Assembly (NCBI GenBank): GCA_000708835.1
Contig: DF237030.1
Span: 1-64,000 of the forward strand
Source of the DNA: Klebsormidium nitens
Lineage: Eukaryota > Plantae > Klebsormidiophyceae
Length of the DNA: 64,000 bases
Reading direction: 5' to 3'
Shown: positions 1-12,900 of the stretch, in pieces
How the letters are laid out: every line of letters starts with the position of its first letter
Numbering within the stretch: the stretch's first letter is position 1
The notes under the pieces: model-generated
Databases searched by the model: none
Seen by the model: the letters and a program-made list of their open reading frames with translations, nothing else
Told to the model about the DNA's origin: nothing
Translations under genes and position numbers: made by a program

Positions 1-68
1 ACCGTTTGCTAACTCGCGGTCAACAAAATCCTGTCGAGAACGAGGTTAGGCTTAACCAGTCGTAATCG

Positions 69-680
69 TTACATAATCGGCAGCCTTTTCACGGTCGCAT
101 CAAGCCCCTCAACCACTTCCAGACTCGGCTGGGCCTCCATAACCATCGCATGCAGCGCCGCGGCAGCCTTCTTGACCTCCTCCCTGAACTCCTGCTCAGG
201 CAAACGCGGCGTAGCAGCGCCCATGAGAACAGCACCTTCAAGAGCATCCTTGGCCAGCTGCTTTTCCTGGTGCTCAAGGGAAGAGTGAAGCTTGCACACT
301 TCTTGGAACATAGCTTGGCTGGTCATGTCTTCTCTCATGATTGCAATTCGTTTAGCAGCGGTAGCCAGCAGCAAGCCTGTATTCTCGGTCTTCTGGGCCA
401 TCTCTCTGTAGCTCATATGGAGACCGCGCATGTAAAGGACCGCGTCCGAGGCCAAGAACCCTCGCACGCAATGAAATGCCAGCTGCTCCCGCTGCACCGA
501 CTCCCCAGTGCTGCGGGCGAGACGGGTGAGAGCCTCCTCCATCTCTGCCAAACTTGGAGAAGGAGCCAATTGTTTGCAAAACAAGTCCCCCAAATAAGCA
601 ACTGAAGCTGGCCGAGTGCTCCCGAGTCTGCGGCAGCCCTTGCAAGGTGCTTGCTGAACAGCCTTCACGTCCAACTTCAC
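69..680 (-). CDS. Intronless hypothetical ORF (203 aa), possibly the 3' part of a decayed gene or element
   Basis: Open frame with predicted helical character and no recognisable domain. It starts at GTG; the same frame continues upstream to about 945 but has three in-frame stops. Confidence 0.3.
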   Translation of the reverse strand: MKLDVKAVQQAPCKGCRRLGSTRPASVAYLGDLFCKQLAPSPSLAEMEEALTRLARSTGESVQREQLAFHCVRGFLASDAVLYMRGLHMSYREMAQKTENTGLLLATAAKRIAIMREDMTSQAMFQEVCKLHSSLEHQEKQLAKDALEGAVLMGAATPRLPEQEFREEVKKAAAALHAMVMEAQPSLEVVEGLDATVKRLPIM

Positions 681-1368
681 TGTAGGCTTTATCCTGGCTA
701 CCGCCGCTGTAGTTTATGACATTTTAGCTGGCATGGCGGACCGCCGGTGTCGCACGGTTTCGCGGCGAATGCTGGGCTCCCGGGTCCGTCGCACCCTCGG
801 ACCGGTCACCGCGGTCTACCGTCGCATTTCATCATTGCGAGAGGACTTTGGGCCTCGCTCTACTGCTTCGACGCGAAGTTCCTTGTCGGTTCAGCACAGA
901 TATGTTCCATGAGGAAACTCCAGCCAGTCGGACACCCCGAGGGCTTTGATTGATGGGTTGAGCAGAGGCTTGGAACTGGTTCCGCTTAACCTAACCACAG
1001 GTTATAACTTATGTACATGGATTGTAATTCGTATACCTACCTACGCCCGCAAGCAATTTAGCAAGAGTTTAGGGTTTTGCAAGGCGGTGCTGGCTCTCAC
1101 AATGACATTGCACAGCAAGTTTAGCCATCCATTGATCCAACTCCAAGTTCAAGTCCAGGTGTGGGACCAATTGGCATACATAGGAGCGCTCGGGAAAGCA
1201 CTTTATTAGCCGTTTCTCCAGAGCAGTGCTGGATAGAGCATAGAGCTGCTTCTACCATAGAAATTTTCATGCGTCTTGATATTACTAAGTACTTCTATTG
1301 AAATCTTTCGTGTGGGTTTCAAAAGCTTGGATATACGAAGCTTTGTGGAAATGATTACAGGATGACAG

Positions 1369-1958
1369 CACGGGGTGGCAACTCCAGTTTTAAAATAGAG
1401 GGCGTTTTTATTTTGCCTTCATCCAAAACGACGGAAAAATAAATGCATCCAATGTTTTGTTTCTTACCATCGTATAGCCCTTCGTGTATAGTTTCTAAAA
1501 CACTACTCGTTTTGAAATTTGGCCCCCCCCACAAAAAGTAAAACGGTTTTAAAACATTTAAAAACGCCAAAATCTTAATACATGTATCTGCGGGTTAGGC
1601 GGACTTCAAAATAGCCCGTTTTATAAAACAAACAAAACAGCAAAACGTTTTAAAACGCCTGCATTAAGTGTATTAAAACAAGGAAAGGCGACAACCCGAG
1701 GCCCTTATGGTCTGTTTTGTCACCCTAATATACATAGAAGTGCATGGAGGCGGCATACGAGCTCTTGACAAGCCGATAGCCGCCACAAAAACAAGGAAAA
1801 TGATACAAATTGGACTTTCATGCCGTTTCATGCTGTTTCATGCCGTTTCATGCTCTTTTAAAACGTTTTCAAAAGCAGTTTTAAAGTTTCAAAACAGCCA
1901 AACCCCTTGTTTTAATCCGCAGATACCATGTTTTAAAACTGAGAGTTGCCACCCCGGG
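1369..1958. mobile_element. Non-autonomous hAT-type DNA transposon / MITE (590 bp)
   Basis: TIRs: CACGGGGTGGCAACTCCAGTTTTAAAA (1369-1395) and TTTTAAAACTGAGAGTTGCCACCCCGGG (1931-1958), differing by 1 mismatch and 1 indel. Perfect 8-bp direct repeat GATGACAG at 1361-1368 and 1959-1966. AT-rich interior with repeated TTTTAAAAC motifs and no transposase. An 8-bp TSD is characteristic of hAT. Confidence 0.88.
1816..1855. repeat. 10-bp tandem repeat (TTTCATGCYG-like x4) inside the MITE
   Basis: tttcatgccg tttcatgctg tttcatgccg tttcatgctc. Confidence 0.9.
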
Positions 1959-3401
1959 GATGACAGCTAGGCCCAAAAAGTAGCAACGTATCTTGGATCT
2001 GGCAAGTTCGAGAACAGCATTTATGTGCAAGCGTGTCCGGCCTGGCCAGCGTCTGATCAAAGTGCCTCGTCATGGAGAGATCTTCTTATCATTATCAGGT
2101 GCAGGCATTAACAATATGGACATCTTCTATTCTCATAGCCGCTTCGCTGTGCCTGTTTCTTACAAGGTTGCCCACCTGTTTTCTTTTCTTACACCTCCTT
2201 CCAAACCCAATTCTTCAAAAAGACGTCGAAAAGAGCGCAATGTGTGACAACCAAGGTATTCGATTCCGTAAGCTACAACATACCCCCATCATACCATCTG
2301 ATGCCAACAATCTCCACGAACGACGCAAAACATATCGTCCAACCAAATTTATTGGAACGAGCATGGCCAACTCGCTCAACAGAAACCGGCGGGAGGCCTG
2401 TGGATCCGCTGCCAAGCTTTTGATCAAGTGAGAATCGTAGACTATGAGCATGCACATGAAAGCTCTGTTGAGCAGCACCGTTATGACTTCTGGCTTGACT
2501 CTCCATCGATTACAACTAGCAGCTCCTCATCGAACACCAGTTTCCTCCTCTGGTTTTTCTGGTCAATGGCACGTGAGTCTGTATATGACGTTGTCACTGT
2601 GACGTGGGCGGCCTTGACTTCGTCAAGGCTACCCTAGCCCCTTTCAGCTTCCTGTAGCCTCGGCAACTCTGCTGAAAAATCGCACATTCGTTTCTGACCA
2701 TGGCCGTAAGAATGAACACCGAACGATGTCATTGGAAGCCGTTGATATGTACGTGGTCACGTAAAACATGCCAGTGATATCTTAGACAGCTATATCAACG
2801 TACAAAGCTTGCATGCCAGGCGGTAAGCAGCGCCGGGCAACGTACGTACGCCTTAAGGACCCGGGCCGCGGTCGGCTCTAATCCATGCTGTATCTACGTT
2901 AGCGGGAGCAGATATGCTATAATTGGTATACTTAGCTAGTTGCCTGATCCGGTACCTATAAAGCATTCAAGATTTTACATATAGAATAAGCATATATGCG
3001 ACATGACACATGCGGAGCCGGAGACGCCGGCCGCCGAGCTCGGCGCGTCTTTAACGCGTGTGACATGATCGATCGATCCATCTGATGTCATGACCATTGG
3101 GCTTCGTGAGCAAAAGTTAAGCCATATTATGAGCACGCGGTCAAGCTGTCCGATCGGATTGAGTCGGAGCGAACTTGAAAGCGCGCAGGCTTGCACGAAG
3201 GGGCCATGAGCGCGGCAAACTTGGATTGCTTTGATGCAAGGAAGGTCACGTACCTGTTGCATAGCCGGCCGCATCGCTGCAGCGTGGCCGGGCGCGGCTG
3301 ACACGCGCTCCATATGGCCAACCAATTCCACAATTTGAAACCTTTAATTTGAAGAGTAAACAATCTTGTATGGCTTGTATGCCATGCACAAAAATTTCAT
3401 C

Positions 3402-3449
3402 TGATAATTGGCACAGTGCGGCAGTTGATAATTGGCACAGTGCGGCAGT
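3402..3449. repeat. Perfect 24-bp tandem duplication
   Basis: tgataattggcacagtgcggcagt x2. Confidence 0.9.
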
Positions 3450-3736
3450 GTCAGGCGGCATTTTACTGCACACCCGTTCATCAAAGATCAAAATAACTAA
3501 AAGTCGCGGCAACTCATTCGGGCTACACTGATTGCAAGCCTTTATTTGCGATCAGTGACCACTGACGACCCAAGCCGAATCCCAACTCGCCACGATTGCC
3601 TATTAGGCTATGATATAGTCATGTGTGAAAACTTGAATAATGTCCAACTCCTTCAGACGCGTTGCAAGAGAAGCCCAAATATGTAAGTATGTATATAGAC
3701 ATCGACTTTCAGAAATACGTTACTCGAGATAGAGAG

Positions 3737-6700
3737 TCATTTAACTGCGCCCGCTGATTCGACCGGCTGGTCCTCTCCGCGAGAAAGGCTGCTCTCCCAC
3801 TCGTCAACCTCGGACGCGTCAGCCTGCATGTGCGACGGTCATGTTTGGATTCCTGACTTTGTAAGATGCACGCAGAGACAAACAACTCCCCAGGTTCAGA
3901 AAGCGTTCACCTGCGTCTGATATTCGCATCGCTAAGGAAGAGCATTGGTATCTTAATCTCCTCAAAGGTCGTTGACTCTGTCCAGTCCGGTCGCTGCAGA
4001 TCTTAGACTCAAATACGTTCAGTGTTGGCAAACTCACTACTACCAAGACGTTTCTTTCTGGCTCGATACGCTGCAGGCTTCCCGTTGACCACCACATTTG
4101 GAAGCCTTTACCAACCGTGCGACACATTTCTCCGGACAAAGAAAGGTTCCGGTGAAGACTTCAAACTGCACAAGGGAAGCGAGTAACACCCCCTTCTCAC
4201 CTTGACACACTCCCGGGTGATGACGTTGCACTCGAGCGCGTCCGCATCTTCCGGTGCTTCCTCCTCGTCCCAAGCGTCTGCGTGAGCGGCGCCGTTCTCG
4301 GCGCCATTCTTCTCGGCGCCAATCTCGCCGCTGGTGCTGGCTTCCTCTGCTGCCGTGGCAGGCTCCTGATCGGCCAACGAGCGCGCCATGATGTCGCGCT
4401 CCAACTCGTACGCAAGCTGGACACGAGGATGCCCCGTCAGCAAAGCGTAAGCGCTCTAAGCGACTTTCTCGGCTTGTCAAACAGACGAGCTTTCACGGCC
4501 GCAAAGACAAGCTATAACGGCTCATAGAAACAGCAGAGATGTGCTACCAACGAGAACGGTCGCATGACAGCTCGCAAAGTGGTCAAAGGAAGCAGCAGGC
4601 AAAAAACAGCGAAGTCAACTGCTGGGCCCTCCCCGCTTATCGAACGATTCTCTCCTTTCAGTATCAGCAGGGTCCACCAAGCAAAGCTGCGTCAATGTCA
4701 AATTGAACAATTTCGAATGGAAGAAGCAACCTAAAATTTGCTCGCTACCCCCTTTTCAACAAGGCAGGACGTCCCCGCAGCTTGCTTACAACATACAAGG
4801 GCACACATGAATTCGACTCGGAGAAGCATTGGCGTTCGGTAGTGTGGAAAAAAGTATCCAGCGTCCGGTGCGGGCCTACCGTGTCAACTTCGAGATACCG
4901 CCGGAAAGTGTCGGCAATGAGCCGGATCTGCGGCGACAATGGAGCATGCCAGTTAGTCTGGCAACGCCTCACACAGATGGCAAGCAACATCTTACGCTTC
5001 TTCCTCGAGAGTTCCCGTTCTCGCTTTGAACTCTGCTTCACAAAGAGCGAGCAGAATCGTGGCTGTCACGACAGCCATTCAGGAACGTCGTCCGAACTTC
5101 GGTTCGCGCCGTCCCATTAGCTGCATTGAATTTGCTCAGGGCGGACTGCAGGCGACCTGCGAAACTTCCAGTACACAACTTGCTGGACGGCCTTTGGAAA
5201 ATGAGAAGGCTTCGGCAGAGGGCCAACTAATGGTCCAAGGTCTATACGCCCCAGCTTCTTGTCAATGAAAGTGGGAGGGGAAAGAAGCAAGCGGCGCGTA
5301 TGCCGTGAGTTTGGGTGATACTTTCAAAGTGCACATCGTCGACACGTTCCGCACAGCGACCTGTTGCCCAAGAAGTGACTCCCTTCACAGGTACTTAGAG
5401 AAGCCACGGAATACAGAGTCGCAGCGACATACAATCACGACATCTTAAGTACAGCGCAGCGAGCAATGCAGGGCGGCCTCCTCCTTTGAAGGCAAGGTCC
5501 GATGCTCCGTCCTGTCCTTCTTCATCCACCAAAGTAAGACGGCCGGGCACTAACTGCGTCCCAGAGTACTCGATCGAGCGAAGAGCCCACCTGCGCGTTG
5601 GTCCAGTCGGACTTCATGTTGCCGTGCGCGCCAACCACACACCGGTCGTCGTAGATCTGCCGCGACATGCCCGTCAGCTGCTCCTCGCGCCCCTCTGCGC
5701 ACCACAAACAAAATACCGTTTTGAGTCATCGTATGCATTCCCGAGCGCTTCTGCAATTTAACGCAGAAAGAGCAGAGGGCACGATTAACGACCTCGGGCT
5801 TCTTAATGCTCTTATGCGTGGGAAGGAAGACAACCTCTAAACCCTTGCCCTCGCAAAGGAATCCAAGCGGTGTAGGTTCATGACGATCCGCTCGCACCTG
5901 TGGCTGTGGAATCGCAGCCTATCAATGTTTGCACACAAACTGCTAAGCAAGTTTGAGAAGCTTGGTGATTGGAAACGGTCTTCGCCGAGAGCGGACCTTG
6001 GAATCGAAACTTCTGCAGTCAGACGAAAGTGGTCGATCACTACTCCCGTCCGGTCGAACTGGCGGTCAGGATTTTTAGCTGAGAGTCAGGTAACGACCAG
6101 GGCTTCCGACAAAATCGGCTTCCGTTTTTCGCTCGAGCTGCCTAAGGTTCCACGAAATTGGTACTCATAAAGCCGCTCGTATGCATCCCACTTACCCAGC
6201 AGGCGGTGGCGCACCACCTGCCAGCAGTCGATGTAGGGGTGCGCAACAGGCCGACAGTTCTTCACCACCATTGTTGCCTCCTCCAGAGACATGCCCTGCA
6301 GCCACAGCGGGATGGTTGGACATTGTGCACGTCTCGTGTCGAAGCCTGCCCAAGACCCCGCTCAAAAGCACTGTTCACTTGCTCAAAGAGACTCGGGTTC
6401 ATGATGACCGAAGGGATAAGAGAGACAGGACGTGCAAGGATGCTCCACCCAAGGAAGGCTTGGGTGTAGCTGACTAAAGGGACACAAAATCACAGGAAGA
6501 GGGTCGAAGAGAGCAGTCAAGGAAGGGGGCGAAAAGGTCCGCAAGCGCTGTTTCGACTGACTCTGCTCCGTGGCTACGCTTGCGACCGCTCGTGAGGGAT
6601 CGCTTTCTTCACACGCATGCAACATCTTCAACAAACTTACGGTCAACAACTCCTGGATTCTGATCTTTCCGTGTGGATTTAAACGAAAGTGGACGCACCT

Positions 6701-9117
6701 GAACGAAAGTAAGGTAGCCCACGACAGTAAGCGAGGCCCGGTTGATGCCCGCGGTGCAGTGCACGTACACCTTCTTGCCGCGTTCCACCAGCAAGTTCAA
6801 TGCACGCACCGCCTCCGGAAGCATCAACGCCTAGCAAATGTGATGCGAAGACACTCAGCAGCGAAGAAAGGAGCCGAGCTGGAATGAACCAGTTCGCTGC
6901 CAAGGTGCCGAGAGCAACAGCTGGGGCCACAAAATATAGAAGTGGCAGGGTGTCTGAGACTGGCGACCGTTCTTCGTTGGGAAAAGGCTGCCATCTTCCC
7001 GCTAGCTTTGGGCGCGACGTTTCTCTCTGATGCTGCCCGCTTTCGTCCAATCCGGTGAATCATATACACCTCGACCTGAAGGACTTTCAGTGGCTGCCAA
7101 TACTCCCACTTCTACAATTGAAACATTGAGCCAGCCGGCTCAAGTTCTGCGCTCCTGCCAACCTATCGTCCCAAGTCCTCCACCGGACCAAACATGATCT
7201 GGGATGCGTGCTTTGACCCTCCCAATATCAGGATTGGCCCACCTGATCGTTGTGGTCGAAGTCTCTGACCGGGACGCGTCGCAGCAGCACCCCGCGCTCG
7301 ATGGCCCGGCTGCGGATCGCGTCAATTGGAATCTGCACAGATGGAAGACAACGCTCGAATGAACGCAGAGAAGGGCGGGCTGAGCATGCAGAAACCAGAA
7401 AGCATCAGCCCGAATATAGCGAAGCACAGACGTAGACACGATGAAGTCCACACCTGGTATAGTTATGCTTCCAACTCGGTTAAACTCCAGGAAACAGAGA
7501 AACAGCGGTGTGAGAAGTCCCTGCCAGAACAAGCCGAACGAGCGGCAGAAGAAACAGTGCATGTTCGATCTTCTCCTTCCTGTCAGAACATGTTCCGATC
7601 TGCATTGGTAAGGCTGTTGACTGCCATCACTTTGCATCATGTTCGTACAATAATAACAGGCAAGATTATGCTAAGACGTGAACAGGAAGCAACCGTATTT
7701 GACACACCTCCAAAGCGTCGAAGCAGAGGTCTGACTGCAGGTTAATGATAGCGTTGAAGCCGCCTTCATCAACGATGCGGTCCTGCAAAACACAGCAATT
7801 GCATGAGTGGTGGGGACTAATGACTGTTTAAGGGCTGATGTTGCTTGCTCAGTATTCTGTGGAAGATACTGCAACTGCATTTTGGTCTATCTCACCAAAG
7901 CATTTGCACCACCAACGAATGAGCACAAGCAAGGCTTACAGTTGCACGAGCTTTTGGATAGAGCCCTGGATTTCGGACAGGGTGCAACTGACGCGAAGCG
8001 TTCAACCATTTTGTCTCGGGTCTTGGGTAAGGAAGCAAGCAGTGTCCCTGAGAATCGACATGAAACCAGCATGAAAAGGAAAAAGTGCTCACGACATCGG
8101 AAGCAGAGCGGGGGCACGAGCCGATGGCAATGTCGGGTGTGATGAAGTTCCAGTTGAGAGTCCACTTCCACTCGCCAAATGCAGGAGTCTCGGTGCCCGC
8201 TTCCTTGGATTCCTCCTGCACAATTTGCGAGCCCGTCAGCTCGTGGGCTATTTCACTGCAACTTTCAAGAATCGATGAGAATTGGCAGCTGTCGGAGGAT
8301 TGAGGGATGACCAAAGACGTCATCTTACCAAGCATTCACATCCCACGCAGTGGCGCCAGCACACCATGAGATCTAGTGCAAAGCAAGCAACTTCGGAGCC
8401 GCGGAATCTGCCGGATTGCAAATGCACATGAAATTTGTCCAGGCTTTTAGAGAGGATGATCGTTAAGTCAACTTAAAAATCAGTGAGAAGTGGCGCTGAT
8501 GATACTCACAGCATTGTTAAATATTGATGATTCAGTTCAAAGAGAGGCACTCTTCAAAAGTCTCCTTCGCTCATCCAACTGCATTTTGCAGGCAGCAACA
8601 ACCAGAGTGCAATCGCATCTTCAAAAACCTTCTTGAACATTATAATTCCTCTGAGTAAGATAGCGTTTCATCGGAAGCCAATACTTGAGCGTAAAAGAAG
8701 CGGCAAAAACGGTGAACTTTTGAGATGCGCAGGTGGGTGCCCAGAATTCCAGTGGTATGACAGCGCAAAGCTTCACAGCAGCTGAAAACATACCATACGC
8801 TTTTCCCATCCCGCCTTTTCTGCTTCCGTTACCCCCTCAGTCTCCTCAGTAGCCTTTACTCTTCCTCCACGCAACGACCTTCTCGCAGTTCCTGAGCTTA
8901 CAAGGTCTGTGGTTTGTACGGAGTCATTATTAAAATTATTGCTGCCGACAAGTCCAGAGAGTCTTGCGGCCGCAGGATGCCTCATGCCGCAGCGCATCGA
9001 CACTCTGCTTTGCACGGAGGAACAACCTGCTTCGGCATTGGCCCGAATTGCCCCTGCTTGGGCGAAGTTCGAGAGAGAGCTGAGTTTCCTACTCAGAAAG
9101 GCGGAGGACGACGCCAT
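3737..9117 (-). CDS. Dual-specificity phosphatase, glucan-phosphatase (SEX4/LSF2)-like, probably plastid-targeted; 10 exons, about 432 aa
   Basis: Exons 9117-8794, 8215-8093, 7782-7708, 7332-7243, 6830-6699, 6295-6196, 5694-5591, 4927-4880, 4416-4201, 3823-3737 join in frame. CX5R loop VYVHCTAGINR, acid loop VRDFD, N-terminal WTLNWNFITPDIAIGSCP. Ser/Ala/Arg-rich N-terminus resembles a transit peptide. Confidence 0.88.
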
Positions 9118-9925
9118 TCTGCCAGCTGCCGACGTGATTGTCAAATCCAAAAATTGCAAAATCCGAATTTGCAGTGCAGATTGGTAAAATCGTAATGCTC
9201 ATTTGGCTTCCTTTCTGAACTGAGTCACATGGCCGGGGTGAAGGGAGATTCAGAATCTTGAGAATCTTGGAAACACATCCGGCAGGTACCTATGACGTAG
9301 GCCGGTCCCTGCCTACCGATGGGACCGCAAAATCTCCCAGGATTTTACTTGCCGCTCGTCTTGACACTTGTCGCCTCGCCGCCCGCACGCTAGCCATGTG
9401 CTGCTCCTAGGCTCAGACCAGAAAGTCGCCAGAAACTGGGTTGAAAATTGAAATGCAAACAAGAAGCAGCCAATATTTCATGGCTTCCTCTTCTGTCTGA
9501 CAAGACCCTGGCTCTTTCGTTGACTTCAAGGCAAAAGCAAGGTGCATTGCTGCTGCCCCTTCTCCTGGTAATGTTTACAACAAAGGTCGCTGTGCCTTTT
9601 CCTGCGGCAAAGTGCGAATACAACCACGTGAGATTTTGGCAGCGCGTTTGCAAGCAGGGTGCGAGCTTTGAGGAGTGATGGAGTGAGTGTCTGGTGTTAA
9701 ATATTGAGATCCAGGCCAGGAAAGCTTTTAGTACTAGGAATGCAAAAGGCACTTGAGTTTTACAGCCGAAACAGGGGAACAAACGCAGCGACGCTACAAA
9801 GCACTGGTCTGAAAGAGGGCAGAGCTGTGATGTAGCTTGCTTGCTGAGATGTCTCAAACAAACAGCTTCACGAAAGCTACATAACGCTGACAAGGTAGAC
9901 AGGAAGAGGCCAGAAGTTGGACAAG

Positions 9926-12900
9926 ATGACTCTCGACGGATGTGTCAGTGTCATTGCTTCATCGGCCTCGCATTCTCATGAGTGCGAAGGGGGATTGTGC
10001 CCTTTCTACGGTCTTGAGATGCCGGGGCCTGACTCAGTGTATGATCCAAAGGTAAGTGTGAACTGTGCAAATGGAAGTGCTAAACCCAGCTAAAATGAAG
10101 AGTCTCTTGGGCAGCAACGACGGAAATCCAGATGCTTTCTCCAAGGCATGTGATAGTGCTTTGACTGCCCAACTAAGAGTGGGACGCATACTTGACACTG
10201 AAAAAGCATTGGGAACTGTGCGGATTTCAACAAGCAGGTTCGGAGAGAGGTATTGTGCTCCAGGATCGATTTCAAGGTGAAGGAACCTTTCAGTGGCTAC
10301 TTAGGGTTCCAGTACGTGATTTGTGACCCCCTCGAGTTACCCGCTGTGCTGCTTCACTGTTGCAACTTCTTCGGCACACCTTCTGGCCTCAAATGGGGCA
10401 AGACTTAAGGGAGGTTCACCTGACACTAAGGTTGTTTTTGCGAAGTTCTTGCTACACTTGAAATACTGGGGTGAGATGATAGAAAGGGGTCACCTGAACC
10501 GTCAGATGGACTATAAAATGCTTCTGTAAGATCATATTGTTAGTGAACTCACACCAAGAGCTGATCAGAGTTTCTTGCCAGTTTCTGCCATGTGCTCTTG
10601 GAACACTGTCCGTTTACTCCAAAACAACCTGGGCTCTTGTCGATTTCTGATTCAGACCTCTGTCACTTAACATTGCAGTGCTTTTCATTCACTTTTCCAG
10701 TGACGTACTGCTCAATGATGACGCTCCTGTAATTTATGGCCTCCACTCTAATGGTGTGCACCCAGTCTCTAATACATTTACTTTTCCAGTGACTTACTGC
10801 TCAATGATGACACTCCTGTAATCCATGGCCTCCACTCTAGTGGTGTGCACCCAGTCTCTAATAGACTGACTGCAAGCGCATTGGCAAAAGTCTGTTGGCA
10901 GCTTGGCCCTCCGTCTGAAGTGGGATGTTAAACTTGCACAATATCAAAACCCGAGTCCAAAAGGAGGTTGCGCTTGAGCTCTGAACCTGCGTGTTCCCTT
11001 CTTCTGCAGGGAGCTCCAAAGCTGCGCAATGAGGACTTCCGAATCAATGTTCTCCACAGTTACAACATTCTCGACACGGTGAGAAAACCCTGCATGATGA
11101 CCAATGAGATGTTTGGCTACTTGAACGGGCAACAGTTCGTTTGTCTTTGTTTTTACTAGATCAACTTCATAGGGCTTTGCTTTACAAGTACAACACAAAA
11201 GAGATTATGGCATGTCTGCCTTTGTTCCTTGCATGCATCTGTGCCCGCCCCCATCTGGGGAGCTAGCTTCATACAGCTGTATGAAGGTTTTCAAAGTCAT
11301 CAGCTACTGTAGCCTTTCTAGATTGGGCTTTCTTGCGTTGTCAATCATTGCCCAACTAGCAGGTGCTTCTCTTACTTTCGACTTTTGCGCAAATAATGGA
11401 ATCTTTAATGGAGATTAATCTGCTTGAGCCCCTCCTACCCACACCTTCGTAAAAGAGTCAGTCCAACTCTGAAGTCCAACTTTGTGCAGGAACCTGAAGC
11501 ACGCTTTGATCGACTCACGGCTCTAGCGGCGCGCATCTTCAAAGTAAGCAGCAAATTTGCAACCATTTTTCCGGCTTTACAGGGTGAACAGCAAGACTAG
11601 ACATGTGTGTCCCTTGGTTGTTATTCAAGAAGTTGTTGCTTGTGTCGGAGGCAATCTTAGTTAGGATCATTGCATTGGCTGGGTCTGTAAGATGGTTTAG
11701 GTGGTCAAAGTTGCGGGGCAGTTCAATTTTGACTTGCCTTTCGAAGTGCAGACCGAAGCTACTCAGTTTGCTGGTGTATATTGAAGGCGAAACTTCTGTT
11801 GCAGGCAAAAGCTTCGTTGGTCACCCTTGTTGACTCGGAGCGCGTATTTTTCAAGTCAAACACGGGATCCTTTGAAGGCTGCGGAGAGGTTCCTCGCAGT
11901 ACCTCGTTCTGCCCCTTCGTCACCCTCCCGACGTGAGATTTCTATGCACTTCATGCTTTCAGACGAGGTTCAAATGGCCATGAACTGGTCCAAAACATTA
12001 GCACAAGCTTTGCGCTGGAATCGTTTCTCCCATGCTTCGATGCGAATCATCCAGTTGCATTGGCCTGTCTCTGACGCTTCGGAGATTGAGCACATGGGAG
12101 TCATACGTGTGCTTGGAGAAGTCTAGACGGACCCGCTGATTGCTCGTACGGTTGTTGCCCCAACAGAAGATGTGCTGTTTCGCTTATCTCGCTTTCTTGT
12201 TTTCCTCAGATCCAAGCCCTGCTTAGTGGTGCTGGACGCATCCAAAGACGGTCGCTTCCACAAGAACCCCTTGGTGCGTTCTCATTCGAAAAGCCTCTCA
12301 TGAAGCAAGTAGGAGGGACAATATATCTTGCAGGCACGGTTCCACCGTAATTTTCTGGCCCTTATGGTTCTTCAGCAGATTGTATGGCTTTGAGCTCGAT
12401 AGACTCTTTCTGTACATGAAGAGGGTCGGCATACTTGTGGGTGTCCTGCATTCTATTTGGGTCTGTTGTTCTATAATATGGTCCATGATTCCCTGGCTCT
12501 CATCGTCTATTCGAGAACTTCTCGGGGGTTAGACGAACGGGTCTATCTTGGCTGCGCCGTATCTCCGAGCAGAGTGTCTAATCCGCATTCGGATCGTTCA
12601 AGCATTTCGGCGATACTTCCTCATTGAAAACACCATACGAGAAGTGGTCAAGTCCCAGTACTTCGTAGTTTGAGCACGCATGCTGAAAAGAACCTGGATT
12701 TTACAGGTTTGCGGAGAGCCGCACATGCGCTTCTATGCAGGCGTGCCCCTCGAGACGGAAGGAGGCTTCGTCTTGGGCTCCTTGTAAGCTCTTGTGTCAC
12801 TCAATCCTCGTGATCCTGCCATGGACCAGCTGCTTATTCGGATTGTTGTTAGGCTGTACTTTCGCTGTGACGGCCTGTTGCAAGAACCTAGTGTCGTCTG

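Noticed and set aside
2400-2720. Minus-strand protein-like stretch (ELPRLQEAERG*GSLDEVK...)
   Set aside because: Short, stop-interrupted and with no recognisable family; cannot support a call.
10804-10869. ATGATGA...CTGA resembling a C/D-box snoRNA in kinase intron 1
   Set aside because: No terminal stem or recognisable guide; the C-box-like word is part of the 89-bp duplication.
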